A stretch of DNA of 64,000 nt from Maricaulis sp. (lineage in GTDB: Bacteria > Pseudomonadota > Alphaproteobacteria > Caulobacterales > Maricaulaceae), in assembly GCF_048269565.1 (NCBI RefSeq), contig NZ_JBLXIK010000009.1, positions 12,487 through 76,486 on the forward strand, in the 5' to 3' direction. A program made the translations under genes and the position numbers. The notes below the pieces were generated by a model. It worked only from the letters and a program-made list of their open reading frames with translations. It made no database searches and was not told the DNA's origin. Numbering within the stretch: position 1 is the stretch's first letter; every line of letters starts with the position of its first letter. This document shows, piece after piece, positions 63,494-64,000 of the stretch.

Positions 63494-64000
63494 TTATGCC
63501 GCGTCGTGCGTCCGGGCGTTACCTGCATCTTCGCGATAGGTGCTTGGAGGAGAGCCGACATGTTTCTTGAACGCCGCGTTGAAGGTGGACCGGGAGTTGA
63601 ACCCGACCTCCAGGCCGATCTCGAGAACGTTCAGGTCGGTCTCGGTCAGCAGCCGTTTGGCCTCGGCGGCACGATGGCTGTTCACAAAGTCAAAGAAATT
63701 CACGCCCAGATGCTGGGATAGCGTTTCGGAGATGTGGTTCTTGGTAACGCCGGTGATGTCGGAGAGCCTGCGAAGTGACAGGTCATTGTCGGCATAGAGC
63801 TTGTTCGTGTTCAGGGCACCTGTCAGCTTGGCCGCGGTTCGGCGTATGCGCTCAACCGTGAGGATAGGATGCCGGGTCTGTGAGCCGGCTTTGGAGGCCT
63901 TTTCAAAATTCAACTCCGGCTGGTGCAAACCGAGATAGGCAAAGGCTGCTATCGCCAGGGATTCGGTGAAGGCCAGGGCAATGTTGAAGGCCGGGATCGA
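63494..64000 (-). CDS. AraC-family transcriptional regulator, C-terminal HTH part (N-terminus outside the window)
   Basis: LSLRRLSDITGVTKNHISETLSQHLGVNFFDFVNSHRAAEAKRLL...IGLEVGFNSRSTFNAAFKKHVGSPPSTYR is the AraC dual HTH. The frame stays open to nt 64000 (…SIPAFNIALAFTESLAIAAFAYLG…), so a hydrophobic N-terminal domain continues upstream. Confidence 0.8.
   Translation of the reverse strand, partial: SIPAFNIALAFTESLAIAAFAYLGLHQPELNFEKASKAGSQTRHPILTVERIRRTAAKLTGALNTNKLYADNDLSLRRLSDITGVTKNHISETLSQHLGVNFFDFVNSHRAAEAKRLLTETDLNVLEIGLEVGFNSRSTFNAAFKKHVGSPPSTYREDAGNARTHDAA

Noticed and set aside
63929-64000. The AraC-family ORF taken as a complete 144-aa protein starting at 63928
   Set aside because: Re-reading the frame codon by codon shows no stop between 63929 and 64000. 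The tracked start is just the first start-like codon (TTG), and the protein continues upstream with a hydrophobic segment, so it is a partial CDS.

Overview
High-GC alphaproteobacterial chromosome segment. The taxon guess rests on cpdR, the zauP-zapA-6S-ygfA arrangement, gene content and codon bias. Three zones are visible. (1) 1-12.4 kb is ordinary core: a TonB-receptor 3' end, an S9 peptidase, cpdR, an FGase-family hydrolase, an XRE regulator, IMPase/HisN-like, ibpA, a pentapeptide-repeat protein, a RibD-like deaminase, gpmA and kdsD/kpsF. (2) About 12.8-60.2 kb is one very large surface-glycan locus. It contains rmlACBD, UDP-GlcA 4-epimerase, galU, glmM, ugd, PMM/PGM, gmd-fcl, glmS, a DegT aminotransferase and 4-5 glycosyltransferases. 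It also has a Wzm/Wzt ABC exporter whose ATPase carries a C-terminal glycan-binding-type domain, and two tandem AT3-SGNH O-acyltransferase paralogues with an extra C-terminal domain. Two sulfotransferases sit next to a dedicated PAPS module (cysD-cysNC, cysQ, SLC13 permease). There is an orphan CMP-activation module with no KdsA/NeuB-type synthase. The most unusual gene encodes a 1080-aa protein: 15 in-phase 46-residue helical repeats fused to an FkbM methyltransferase. I propose it is a new kind of chain-terminating molecular ruler. (3) 60.2-64 kb is core again: zauP-like, zapA, a predicted 6S RNA, 5-formyl-THF cyclo-ligase, a DUF4386 protein and an AraC regulator. I saw no rRNA, tRNA, CRISPR array, transposase or integrase. 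All functional calls come from reading motifs in the supplied translations, and no database search was run.
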